Part shown: in pieces, positions 15,529 to 28,853 of the stretch
How the letters are laid out: every line of letters begins with the position of its first letter
Numbering within the stretch: the stretch's first letter is position 1
Origin: Eledone cirrhosa
Taxonomy: Eukaryota
Length of the DNA stretch: 64,000 bases
Reading direction: 5' to 3'
NCBI GenBank assembly: GCA_964016885.1
Contig: OZ024748.1
Span: forward strand, 42,532,001-42,596,000
Translations under genes and position numbers: made by a program
The notes under the pieces: generated by a model
Databases searched by the model: none
What the model was told of the DNA's origin: nothing
The model's input: only the letters and a program-made list of their open reading frames with translations

Positions 15529-15807
15529 TGTGGTAGTTACCACAATTCCGGTTTGTATTTATTTTCTTGATTTATTCTTCAATTGAGTCTGGCAAACCCT
15601 ATTGTCTATAGTTAGTATTCTTTTCACTTTAGCGAATCTGGTCCCTTAGGATTTGAACACATATATGTATATATCTGTGTTCGTTTTTCTTTTATATTCA
15701 ATTATAATATACGGCTCGGAAAAATCTCTTTCCTAGAGATTGTAAGAGACTATTTTAAGACTATTGTAAGAGACTATTTTGAGTTTCTAACTCAATATAT
15801 ACCTTTG

Positions 15808-15839
<32 letters not shown>

Positions 15840-16240
15840 TTGTCTCTTACTCCATTGGACGGCGCTTTGGCTTGTGTCAGACGTTGTGAGCCCGGGTGGA
15901 CCAGCAGTATCCTTGGTTGGGGTTGGGACTGCCAAAGTCCATCTCAATGGTCGGTGACTCTGGAGTTCTGTGTCTTTCATTTGTAATTTTATTTTCAAAA
16001 ATTTTTTAAGGTTTCTCCTTTAAAAAATTGTTTTTCGTTTTACCTTGTTTTCGTTCGTTGTCTTGTCCTCTGTTGATGCTCCTAAGTTTATATGTATATA
16101 TATATATATATTGTTAAACTCGAGTGGATGGGAGGGGGGGGGGTCATGCTACCATTAAAAACACACGCACCAAAGTATAACGATATCTGTTTCAACACAC
16201 GTTTTCAGATAACAAATCTTGCAAAACAAATTCAAAAACT

Positions 16241-16286
<46 letters not shown>

Positions 16287-16424
16287 CGAAGGAAATGTGG
16301 TAAGGAACCAGGTGGACCATAACGCACCAAAGTACTCAATACTTAGGGTAGTAGAGTGGGTAATAGGAACGAGTAGGACCCCGTGTAGTGGGGTCCTACT
16401 CGTTCCTATATATATATATATATA

Positions 16425-16817
16425 TATACCAGCCGAATCACCTACGCCTTGCTGCATTTCACACATTTTTTTTGTAAGAAAATGATGATTGATTTTAAAT
16501 TAGTGATATAATTTAGGGAGAAAAACTCCATTAGGGTGTCTTAATATTGAAATTTGCTGAAATTTTGTGAATAGGCATCATATTTTGTCATTTACATATG
16601 GTTTAAATTTCATATAAATCGAAGGGGAAACATTTTCCAGCAGGATTTGTCCCCCCCCCCCCCGGGGAACCCTTTGATTAAAATGAAATATACTTATCCA
16701 AGTACCCTGGGCAATGTAGTTTCAGAATATATGGTTATTGGGGGGGTCTCTATCTTCAAAACCATAAGAGGAGTTTGTGAACAAACAGACAGGAACTACA
16801 ACATATATATATAGATA
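16425..16817 (+). mobile_element. Possible non-autonomous Helentron/DINE-1-like element
   Basis: Starts TACCAGCCGAATCACCTACGCCTTGC and ends ACAAACAGACAG...ATATATATATAGAT, the end pattern typical of such elements. Pattern recall only. Confidence 0.35.
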
Positions 16818-17458
16818 TGTAGCGAAATCTGTCCGCGCCTTGAACTTTGGGTGATACCTAAAGGTTAAATTCTAGGTCAACCCCCTTTTGGTGCAGACAG
16901 GTTGATATGTTTGACTGTCCCCTCAAGGTAGGGGACAGGAAGCGATAGCTATATAAAGCCTGTGCTATTATCCCACTTAAGGAGATACATCGGAGCACCC
17001 CACTACAGAACAAGCTATGTAAGGATTTACTGCTATCAGTAGACCCCAAGGGTCTACAGACACAGAGATATCGAAGCGCTAGGATACACAACTAACTATG
17101 TAAAGATTCACCACTATTCAACAGACCCCATGAGGTCTACAGAGCGATTGGAACCCTACTCCTACAGACCATGTACAAGCCATAGTGGTCTACAACTAAT
17201 TACAGACTATTCAGAGATATACGAACCATATCTCTCTATTTTACTAACACGGTCTCACTACTACTACCACGGTCTCCAAATTCCAACAACAACAACAATT
17301 ATCTGTCGCTCGCTGCTTTCACACCAACAACAACAACATACTACAACAGCCTCACATCAGAAACAATAACAACGTTAACAACTCTTGGAAACTGTTTTAT
17401 ATGTACTTTTTAATTGATTCACGTGAAGTAAACTATATATAACCAAATCGGCACTACA
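16818..17458 (+). mobile_element. Solo-LTR-like segment
   Basis: TGTAG...CTACA termini, CTATATAAAG near 16949, AGTAAA near 17427, 641 bp; no target-site duplication seen. Confidence 0.45.
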
Positions 17459-17707
17459 ACGCTATTAGCTGTCAGTCGAAGCAGCCGATGAAAGCAAAAC
17501 ATCGTTTATTTCCGTATTACTACCACGCGTAAGTGGAGTTACTTAAATGTTTTTTTTTTCACGCGTTTTTTATTATTTTTTTTATTAAAGCATATAGATG
17601 GAGTTACTTAGATGAAAATATAGGTGGCCCTTAAAAGGGCCAAATTAGAATATACCGCTGCGTTTTTACAGTTTTACTAGTTACACACATATATATATAT
17701 ATACACA

Positions 17708-17787
17708 CACGGTGTCCCCTCCAAAATATATACACATTTTGATTACTTTGCTGTTGAAGTGTGTATACATTTTTTGGGACACTGTGT
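17708..17787. mobile_element. Mini Tc1/mariner-type MITE remnant
   Basis: Imperfect inverted arms CACGGTGTCCC..AAAATATATACACA / GTGTGTATACATTTTTTGGGACACTGTG inside a (TA)n context. Confidence 0.45.
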
Positions 17788-17788
17788 T

Positions 17789-17823
<35 letters not shown>

Positions 17824-18175
17824 TGGGGGAAGGAAGAAATTTTTGGATGCTATACCTGACATAATAAAAAACAAAAATACACCCCTAACATTTGTCGGAA
17901 TATCAATCACGAGAGTAGATAAATAAATATATAAATACATAAATAAAAAATGTTAGAAAAGGAAAAGAAAATCTCTACATTATGTAATATTCTCAGTCAC
18001 CCCTAATTTTCCCTAAATTTTAAAACCGGGAGGGAAAAGTCCGAGGGTTAAAATCCCAAATAATGGTACCTCAAAAACTAGTGTATCCCTTCGCATTACA
18101 GTTTAAAGCAATACATATGATCGCTTTGATGACTCTTATTCGTTTCTAAGGGTCTCGTTTTTCTCTCTTCTTTCT

Positions 18176-18213
<38 letters not shown>

Positions 18214-18292
18214 AAAATCTTTCCCTCTGTCTATCTCTTTCCCTCTCTGTCTATCTTTTGCCATAAAAACGATAATGATATTCAATTAAGAA

Positions 18293-18339
<47 letters not shown>

Positions 18340-18429
18340 ATTGAAATTTCCGTTGAAAACAGAAAAGGTCATAGAAGTGAAGAGTGCTCTATGTAAGTAC
18401 CAGAGCAAAATTTAATGTATAAAAATCAA

Positions 18430-19540
18430 TACAATATTTGGGCTTGATCGCGACGATCGTCTAATACTTTCCCATACCACCATAGGACATAACTTAGATA
18501 GATTAAGGAAAGACTTAATAAAAACCTTCGCTAGTTTTAATCTTAAAATTACTATTGACACTAACCTTTCCAATGTAGATTTCCTAGATATAAACCTAGA
18601 TTTGCCTACTGCTTCTTATAAACCATACCATAAACCTAATGAAAATTTAAAATATATAAATAAAGGCTCTTGCCATCCTCCTATAGTTTTTAAAAACCTT
18701 ATCCCTAATATTAGCCGTAGGATCTCCACCCTCTCTTCCTCAGAAGCTAAGGCATCCCCCTACTATAATAAAACCCTCCAAAATAGCGGTTTTAGCGAAC
18801 CGATTAAATATATACCCAACTATACTAACTCTATTAAACATAAAAACAGGAAAAGAAAAATAATCTGGTTCACACCCCCCTACTCTCTAGCAGTTAAAAC
18901 TAATGTAGGCAAAAAATTCCTAGAGCTCCTAGATAAACATTTCCCTAGAACACATAGATACTATAAGATCTTTAATAGAAACTGTGTCAAAATTATCTAC
19001 TCCTGCGGTTCCCCTATTAAATCCTATATCATCAACAAAAAATCACCTAGAGAACATCAAAATTGCTCCTGTAGAATCAAAAGTGAATGCCCATTACAAG
19101 GTAAATGCAACACCAAAGCCATTGTATATGCGGCTAAAGTGACAACCATCAGCAACAACCATCCAGCCACCAGTGAACGATATGTGGGTATGACGCAAGA
19201 CAAATTCAAAACGCGTTATTACTCACATGTCGCATCCTTTCGACATCCAGAAAAAAGATTTACAACATCTCTGGCTAGCAGAATATGGGATTTGAAAGAC
19301 CAAGTTATCCAATATAAATTGGATTGGTCAATTTTGAACCAATCTAAAGAATATGCAAGAGGAACAAGAAAATGCACGCTCTGCATAAATGAAAAATATT
19401 GGATCTTGCAAAATATTAAACCACCAAAGACCTGCCTGAACACACAGACAGAAATTTTCACCAGTTGCCCACACATGAAATCACACCTGCTTTCCAGCTC
19501 ATATAAACTTAACACACTTTCAGATACTTATCCTCCATAA
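18430..19540 (+). mobile_element. 5'-truncated Penelope-like element (RT C-terminus + GIY-YIG endonuclease), Naiad-like
   Basis: Degenerate RDD motif near 18450, VDFLDINLDL, YKPYHKPN, RKIIWFTPPYS, CSCRIKSECPLQGKC, IVY...YVG, HVASF, CTLC..EK, CPH. Confidence 0.88.
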
Positions 19541-19926
19541 ACTCTTATTATTCTCTTTATGACTACTCTTTCTGATTTACTTTCATTTTTATCCTTTTTA
19601 TTAATTTCATTTTTATTTTTATTTTTTATTTTTACTTCACATCCACCAATAACCCCCCCCCCCCCTTTATTCTCCGATTCACTTACCTAATATCTTCACT
19701 TTCCACTTTTTACTTCCCTATTTTCTTCACTACCTGATTACAAAGTGTCACTTGCATTTTCCACTCCAGATATTTTCTGTTATTTCGCAGCCAATCTTAT
19801 AATTTTATATTTGTACTTACTTATCCACAAGGCTTTTTACACCCTGTATCTATGTGTCTGAGCGCCTTAATGTGTGTATACTTTCTATATATGTACACGA
19901 ACGCCTCCGTATGTGCGCGCGCGTGC

Positions 19927-19972
<46 letters not shown>

Positions 19973-20842
19973 ATGTATGTGTGTTTTTACATCTGTTTTT
20001 TGTTTTTTTCTTTTTTTACATCCTCATTTTTATGTGTCTGCATGTAAACAGGTCAATATGCGTGAGTGTATGTATGTGTGTGTGTGTGTGTGTGTGTGTA
20101 CGTACTGAATGTATGGATGTGTAAGTGCGTATGTATATAGGCATGTATATTTTTGTGTGTGTGTGAGTGTGTATACAGTCGCGTGCGTGCGCGTGATTAG
20201 ATATACATGGGGCGAGGCGTATATACGTATATATGTGCATCCTGTGTGTGTATGTATGCTTGCATACGCTTTTGTCTGCACGTTTTTGCGTGTATATATA
20301 AATATTTCTTATAGATATGTTTCTTGTAGATATATGTGTGTGTGTACGTGTGTACCTTGTTTGTCTTCTTTTCTTTAATTTTTCCTTTCTAAATTATTGT
20401 TCCATTTTTATATATATATCGAGAATGATACTTTCTTTTTACTATTACACTCCCTTACCTCTTTTTCTTCCGCATATAAGTGTACGTGCGTGTGTGTGTG
20501 TTTATACGCGTGCCTTCATATTCTTATAATGTATCTAATACCCTGTTTTTCTGTGTACCTGCCAAACGGACAATCATATCATGTCTGTCTGTAGTTACAG
20601 ATACACAGATACACTTGCCCTAACACATATATTTACGCACACTTTTTCACTATACGTACACATTTGTACATACACATATATGTACATCTGTGAGCGTATA
20701 TACATACAGATACACACACCTAACTATATTTCTTGAAAGATTTTTTATATTTCATATGGCTATTGTAATTCCTTTATCTATATTTATATAATTTTGTTTG
20801 CTTTTCTTGATGAGACTTTCCAAGTATTTAGCCATGTTTTAT

Positions 20843-20920
20843 ATTGCCTCATCTGACGAACGAATGAAGACGTTTCTTTCGTATTCGCCTCATTCGGGAA
20901 ACCTCTGGTTATGAGGTAAT
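20843..20920 (+). ncRNA. Type I hammerhead ribozyme motif
   Basis: Stem I ATTGCCTCAT/ATGAGGTAAT, core CTGACGA, stem II CGAATGA/TCATTCG, GAAA, stem III ACC/GGT, site GUU; about 1.3 kb downstream of the Penelope ORF on the same strand. Confidence 0.7.
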
Positions 20921-20942
20921 TATATTGTATTGATTTTTATAC

Positions 20943-20983
<41 letters not shown>

Positions 20984-21139
20984 ATTATTATTATTATTAT
21001 TATTAAAATTAAATACCATTTATTCTGCGGCAGAGAGCTTCATCTTCTCCATCATTCGCTCCTCCAGAATCGTAGTACTCATCGTTATTGTATGTGTGTG
21101 TTTCTGCGTGTATATATATGTGATGTGTTTGTGTGTATA

Positions 21140-21410
21140 TGTATATATGTTTGCGATCGCCACTCTCGCCCTTCGTGAGGAGAATGCTGTGTACGTATTC
21201 ACATATTTAGAGGTAATATCACGTGAACACAATCACGTGACAAATCACATTATTCTTTCAAAAGGAAAAGTTTGGCGCCATTTTTCTTTCAAAAGGAAAA
21301 GTTTGGCGCCAAAATTCTCAGTGTTGTCTGAAGCTGAGGAACCGGGGTTATTCCATTTCTGTCAACAACTTACTGGCGAAACAGATCTCTTTGGATTTGT
21401 ACGTGTTATA
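21140..21410. promoter_or_regulatory. Promoter-like island with paired E-boxes and duplicated E2F/CHR-like module
   Basis: TCACGTGA twice (about 21219 and 21233); tandem TTCTTTCAAAAGGAAAAGTTTGGCGCCA twice, including the palindrome TTTGGCGCCAAA; locally CpG-rich. Confidence 0.45.
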
Positions 21411-21564
21411 TAGTTATAGAGGTATTTATTTACGCTTTAATTTATATTTTTAATTATCGTGTCTATAGTCTGCCTTTCATAGGTTATAGATTCCATACAC
21501 TGGTGGTTTTTTCCCTGTTTTATTGATAGCGCACTGTATATCTCTCTCTAGTGTGTTACCTTTT

Positions 21565-21612
<48 letters not shown>

Positions 21613-22071
21613 ATATAATAATAAAGAAGAAAGACGGTATCACTTGTTCATCCCTATTTATTTTATTATACTTATTTCGAAGACATATGTCATTTGTATA
21701 ATATTTGTATAATAAATTATTATAATAAAACTCCGGATAAACATAAACTGCTGAGTGTTTGTCATCTCTTATGAAAGAGTCGGCAGATTTTCAATCAACG
21801 AACTTTCCTTAGTTGAATAAATATATGTATATTTTCTTTAATATTGCAACATTAAAGGAATATATCATTCTAAAATAATCGCGAGCAATTTATAATGTTA
21901 TTTAAGCATTGGTAATGCTATATTTAAAACACATTTGCTATGTTATTCTACTGTAAATTTATTTATATGCTTTGTATATATTATATATACACAACTAATG
22001 AATCTGTATATTAAAACATCGTTTGTATTATTCAATCAGTTTATTGAACAACTAGAATGCTCATCAAGTAC

Positions 22072-22682
<611 letters not shown>

Positions 22683-22781
22683 CCATTATAATTTTAAAGG
22701 ATTGTAAATAAAACGAGTAAATCAGACAAAGTTGGAATTCCTTTTATTAATATAATCTTCTATACACAATCATACACACTC

Positions 22782-22831
<50 letters not shown>

Positions 22832-23004
22832 CTTTTAAGCTATTTTGCAGTATCTCTTTTCAGGAACACACCACTTATATTAAATTTATCTCCCTGGAGC
22901 TTTGTAAAAGTCTGAGAGATTGGCTACATATATGTTTTATATATTTTTTGTTTAGATGGAAGACAAAACAAAGAAGATGAATACAAAGGTGATAAAGATA
23001 AAGA

Positions 23005-24178
23005 ACCTCACCGCACCGCATCACACCACACTTCACCACACCACATAAAAACATACAACACTACACCGCACTACTCCACACCACATAACACCACAACACA
23101 ACACTCCACTCGACATAAAAACACACCACAATACACCACTCCTCACTACATCACACCACACTACTCCACTCCACATAAAAACACCACAACACACCACTCC
23201 TCACTACATCACACCACATTAGAACACACCACACTATTGCACACCACAACACACACACCACTCCTCACTACATCACACCACATTAGACCACCACACTACT
23301 CCACTCCACATCACACCACAACACAACACACCACTCCTCACTACATCACACCACATTAGAACACACCACACTACTCTGCACCACAACACACACACCACTC
23401 CTCACTACATCACACCACATTAGAACACCACACTACTCCACTCCACATCACACCACAACACACCATTCCTCACTACATCACACCACATTAGAACACACCA
23501 CACTACTCCACACCACAACACACACACCACTCCTCACCACATCACACTACATTAGAACACATCACACTACTCAACACCACATCACACCACAACACAACAC
23601 ACCACTCCTCACTACATCACACCACACTACTCCACTCCACATAAAAACACACCACACCACACCACCCTCACTACATCACACCACACTACATCATACCACA
23701 TAAGAACACATCACACTACTCCACACCACATAACACCACAACACAATACACCACTCCTCACTACAACACAACACACCACTCCTCACTACAACACACCACA
23801 CCACATAACACCACAACACAACACACCACATAAGAACACACCACACTACTCCACATAAAAACACACCACATAACACCACAATACAACACACCACTCCTCA
23901 CTACATCACTCCACATAAGAACACACCACACTACTCCACACCACACTACTCCACACCACATAACACCACAACACAACACACCACTCCTCACTACAACACA
24001 ACACACCACTCCTCACTACAACACACCACACTACTCCACATAAAAACACACCACACTACTCCACACCACATAACAACACAACACACCACACCTCACTACA
24101 TCACACCACATAAAAACACACCTCACTACATCACACCACATAAAAACACACCACACTACACACCACATAACACTCAAC
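23005..24178. repeat. C/A-rich degenerate minisatellite built from ACACC/ACTCC/ACATC pentamers
   Basis: Recurrent CACCACTCCTCACTACATCACACCACA units. Confidence 0.9.
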
Positions 24179-24524
24179 ATTTTTTCCTCATCTTTTTTTC
24201 ATGTGTTATCAACTAATCCGAACTCCAAGATGTTTGTTATTGACTCTCTCTTCATGGAAAACTTAGGTGGATGCACTTCTCTCATTTAACCCCAGAGTTT
24301 TCTCTAAGATTTTTCGTATGTTATCAACGAATATGACCTCCAAACCAGTTGGAAATGATTAGTTGTTCTAGGAAAAAGGAGGGGGTAAAGCAGGTGGAAA
24401 AACCATTGTCGTTTTGTAGATATATACCCTAATGATTTGTCTTCGGTCTCCTTTTGAGTGCTATCAACTAATTTGACCTTTTAGTTGTTCTGAATCAATT
24501 TTTTTTTCTGGGATTTGGAAACTA

Positions 24525-24850
24525 AAACTAAATTAAACATAAAATTAAATCTAGCCCCAACCCTAAACTCTAAATCTAAACCAAACCAAACCAAGCTAAA
24601 TCTAAATATAAACATTACCCCAACCCTTAAACTATACCCCAACCATAAAACTAAACCCTAAACATTACCCCAACTCTAAAACTAAACCCCAAACCTAAAC
24701 CCTAAACTTTACCCCAAGCCTAAACCCTAAACTTTACCCCAAACCTAAAACTAAACCCTAAACTTTACCCCAACCCTAAACATTACTCCAACCCTAAACT
24801 TTACCCCAACCCTAAAAATAAACCCTAAACATTACCCTAAACCTAACCCA
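24525..24850. repeat. Degenerate telomere-like (CCCTAAA/CCCCAA) repeat
   Basis: AAACCCTAAACTTTACCCCAA units. Confidence 0.8.
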
Positions 24851-25182
24851 GGGAAATAAGTTGATTGGAAGCATCTAGGAGGTCAGATTAATTAATAGCA
24901 CAGGAAATATACCGAAAATGATTAAGTCCGACAACATGTGAGTGGGGTGTAGATCTGCAAAACTCTTCCCCTCTCCCTCTCCTCTTTCCCCCAAGCTAGT
25001 TGTTTTTGACTGGTTTGGAAGTCATATTCACTGATAACGCATGAAAATAGAATCAAAGAGAAAATTCCGAGTAAGCAGGGGTTATCCGGGTGAAGGGGGA
25101 ACCACCTCACCCCGCCGTTTTCCTTGGGGGGAAAAAGTCAGTTTCAAGTATCTTGGAGATTGGATTAGTTGATAGCACATGA

Positions 25183-25548
25183 ACCACATCACACCACATC
25201 ACATCACATCACATCACATCACATCACATCACATCACATCACATCACATCACATCACGTCTCGCCACATTTCATCATATCACATCACATTTCACCACGCC
25301 ACACCACATCACATCATATCACATGCCATCACACCACATGCTACCACACTATATCCCACCACACTCCACTACACCATATCCCCCACCCTACATTGAACCA
25401 CACTCCACTCCACTACACTCCACTACACCACACCACTGTCCACTACACGAAACCACACTCCACTACACTACACTCCACTACACCACACCACTGTCCACTA
25501 CACTAAACCACACTCCACTACACTACACCACACCACACCACACCACTG
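25183..25548. repeat. (CACAT)n and derived pentamer repeats
   Basis: Direct observation. Confidence 0.9.
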
Positions 25549-27119
25549 TCTATTCGACTGTTTTCTATTTCGTAGGTATGTCCAGTTACAGTAAGAGAAA
25601 GAAAGTTATTTCAAAGGATCTGAGTAAGTAAACACTTCATTGACCATCATTTTAAGCAGAATCTCAGTGTAGTTTTAAATTGACATTTTTATATGATTAC
25701 ACCTCAGTCTTAACTTAATCACCAGTAGATGGATGCTACATGTAATGTTAAAATTAGTTAAACACTGTTTCCCCCTTCTCATCACATGTGGATGCTACAT
25801 GTGTATTGTTAACATTAATCTAACGTTGTGTCCCCTACCCCGCCTCACCATATCATACCACACCACATCACACCATGTTGTACCACACCAGACCACATAA
25901 CACCATGCTATACCATATATATATATGAGCTCCCCACTCGTTATATTAACTGTATCTCCTCGGTGTTTCATGAAAGTCTGAGAGATCAGCTATATTTTAC
26001 AATTTTTTTAATATTTAGATGGAAAAGAAGAAAAAGACGACGAAGCAGACGACTAAAATGAAAATGACAACAAAGACAAAGACACGGGAAAAGAAGATGA
26101 CGAAAAGAAGAAGAAAGTATGATCTCAGTTAAGTCTAAACCTAATGATTTATCGATATGATCTTAGTTCAGCCTTAACCTAATGACGTGTAGATACGATC
26201 TATTTAGGTTTAACTTAAACATTCAAAGATATTTGTATATACTTTTGTTGATGTTTGACATTGTTTTTTAGTTATGAAATAGTTTATAAGTTACATTATA
26301 GGATCACAGTGCATGAGCACACTGCTCTTTAAATTAACTTTATCTCCTCAGCACTTTGTAAAGTCTGAGAGATAGGCAACATACATGTTTTACATTCTTT
26401 ATTTTTGGTATTTAGATGGCAGAGGAGAAGATAAAGGCACAGAAGAAGTCAAAGGCACAGAAGAAGTCAAAGGCACAGAAGAAAACAAAGGCACAGAAGA
26501 AGACAAAGAAAATGAACAAGAAGAACAATTATTATTGCTATTATTATTGTTATTATTATTTGTATTATTATAATCAAACTAAGCCACAATACATCAACCT
26601 ATACCATACCACACCACACTGACAAACATTATACCATACCACATTATCCAACACCACACTACGAAACACTGTACGACCTCACATTAGACCATGCTATGAA
26701 ACAATATACCATACTACATTATACAACAATAGACAACACCACACAAGACTATGAAACACTATACTTTACCACACTATATCACACCACTCAAGTTAGAGGA
26801 TCAACTTTTTTTCCTGGAAAGTAGAAAACCTAACTTTAAGCTAAATCCGAACTTTAAAAATAACACTTACCCTAACACTTGCACTCACACAGGCTCTAAC
26901 AGTGAACTTAGCGCTAACATGAAAACTAACACAAACACAAAATCTGAAAACTAACATTAAATAGAAAACAAACACAAACACTAACCTGAACACTAACACT
27001 AAAACTAAAACTGACACTTAACACTAACCTGAACACCAGCACTAAAACTAACACTACCGTAAACACTAATACAAACACTAACACTAACCTGAACACTTAC
27101 ACTAAAACTAACATTAGCA

Positions 27120-27904
27120 CATCTATAGTAAGATCTTTAACAAACATACAATCAAATTCTCTTATTCCACCACTTCCAACATCTCTAACATTATCTCTAA
27201 ACATAATAATAAAATATTAAATAATAAATTATATCCATCCAACACTGAGCGTCATAATAATAGCAATAGTAAACCCGACGTCAATGTTAACTCTAGGCTA
27301 GATTCAGTAAATTTAAATACGACGTCAAACGTAACTTTGTCGAATGTTCATAACACCAATCTAAATAAGGAAACTTTAGCACCTATCGTAAATAACTTCT
27401 CCAATCCAATTCCTTCTATAAATAATACTAGGTCACTTGTTAATAACTCTGGTAATTTCTCTAATCGTAATTGTAATTGCCCTGTTAGAACTAAATGTCC
27501 TCTTAATAACCAATGTCTTGATAAAAATTTAGTGTATGAATGTAAGGTTACTAATAACTGGTACTAATTCTTTTACCTATTTTGGTTCCACTTCCACCTC
27601 CTTTACAACAAGATTTTATAATCACAATTCGTCTTTTAAATACCAACTTAAAAGAACTAACACGGCATTCTCAGAACTCATATGGTCCTTAAAAGACAAA
27701 AATATTAACTACAACATTTCTTGGAGGAAGGTTTGTAACGCCTCTCCTTACCGGAATTCTTCCCTATCCAGAACATGTAATCTCTGCCTAGCCGAGAAAT
27801 TTACCATTATCTCTAATTTTAAGTCTATAATAAATAGACGTACGGATTTATTTTCGCTCTGCTTGCATAAATCCCATAGAACTTTCCATAAAGTATACAG
27901 CTAA
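27120..27904 (+). mobile_element. Penelope-like element 3' fragment (GIY-YIG), frameshifted, Naiad-like
   Basis: YSKIFNKHTIKFSYS, CNCPVRTKCPLNNQC, LVY...YFGST, HNSSF, CNLCLAEK, CLH; frameshift near 27555. Confidence 0.85.
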
Positions 27905-28853
27905 TATCTCACTACCTAATTAGTTTAAAATCTTCTTTTCTCAAACGCTTTTATATCTTTTACAAATATACCCATATTTCAGTATATTATATTATACAAT
28001 TTACTCATTCTTTGTCGTTAGCAGTCCCCTATTTTTCTTCTTTTTTCCTTTTTTCTTTTTTAATTTCTAATTTTTAATCTGTAACTTTTACTTCTCAATT
28101 ACTTCGTAATTCATATTATAACTCACTATAGCATTTTCCTTATATTCTTGGCCATACAAACTATATTTTTAATATATACTAATATTACCATTAGTAAATT
28201 TTGTAAACATATATATTTTTATGACGTTATATATTTTTTTCTTCCTTAAATTTTCTTCTTTCTTATCTCCTTCCGTGCTCGTATTAAACCTATTATTTAC
28301 TTTTCCCTATTACAATACATAGAAACAAACTTAGACCCTAACTAATTCCTCTAAGTTCATAATTAATTTAATCTCCTTCATTCACCTTATCTCCTTAATA
28401 TTTTTTTAAATTTTAATAATACATATTAATAAATTCCTTTTCGCACATATTATTAAACCCTTCAATATATAACCCTTAAATAAATACTATTCTTAATTCC
28501 TTTTTCTTTAATCATAAACATCACCATTCATAAACCTCATTAACTTTTAATTTCAAAATTTTTTAAAAATTATGTATTATCTTACAACGGTTTTTTTAAC
28601 TTCTCTCTGTGAGACAGTGTTTCTCAGTATTAAAGGTTATATCTCTCTCTCTCTCACTCATTTCTCCTCCTCTCTCATCCTTCATTCTTATACTCCTCCC
28701 CCGTCATCCTTTATTTTCTTTCTTCCTCACCTTTTCCTTGTCCCTTCCTTCTTTTTTTCCCAATCTCATATATCCATCTTATTTTATTTTTCATATGTAG
28801 ATTTAACACTTCACTGCTCGCAAGTGTTTTTTAAGCTTCATATCATGTTTCCC

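Noticed and set aside
24525-24850. True interstitial telomere
   Set aside because: The units are degenerate 6-7-mers, not (TTAGGG)n, and are enclosed by dispersed inverted motifs.
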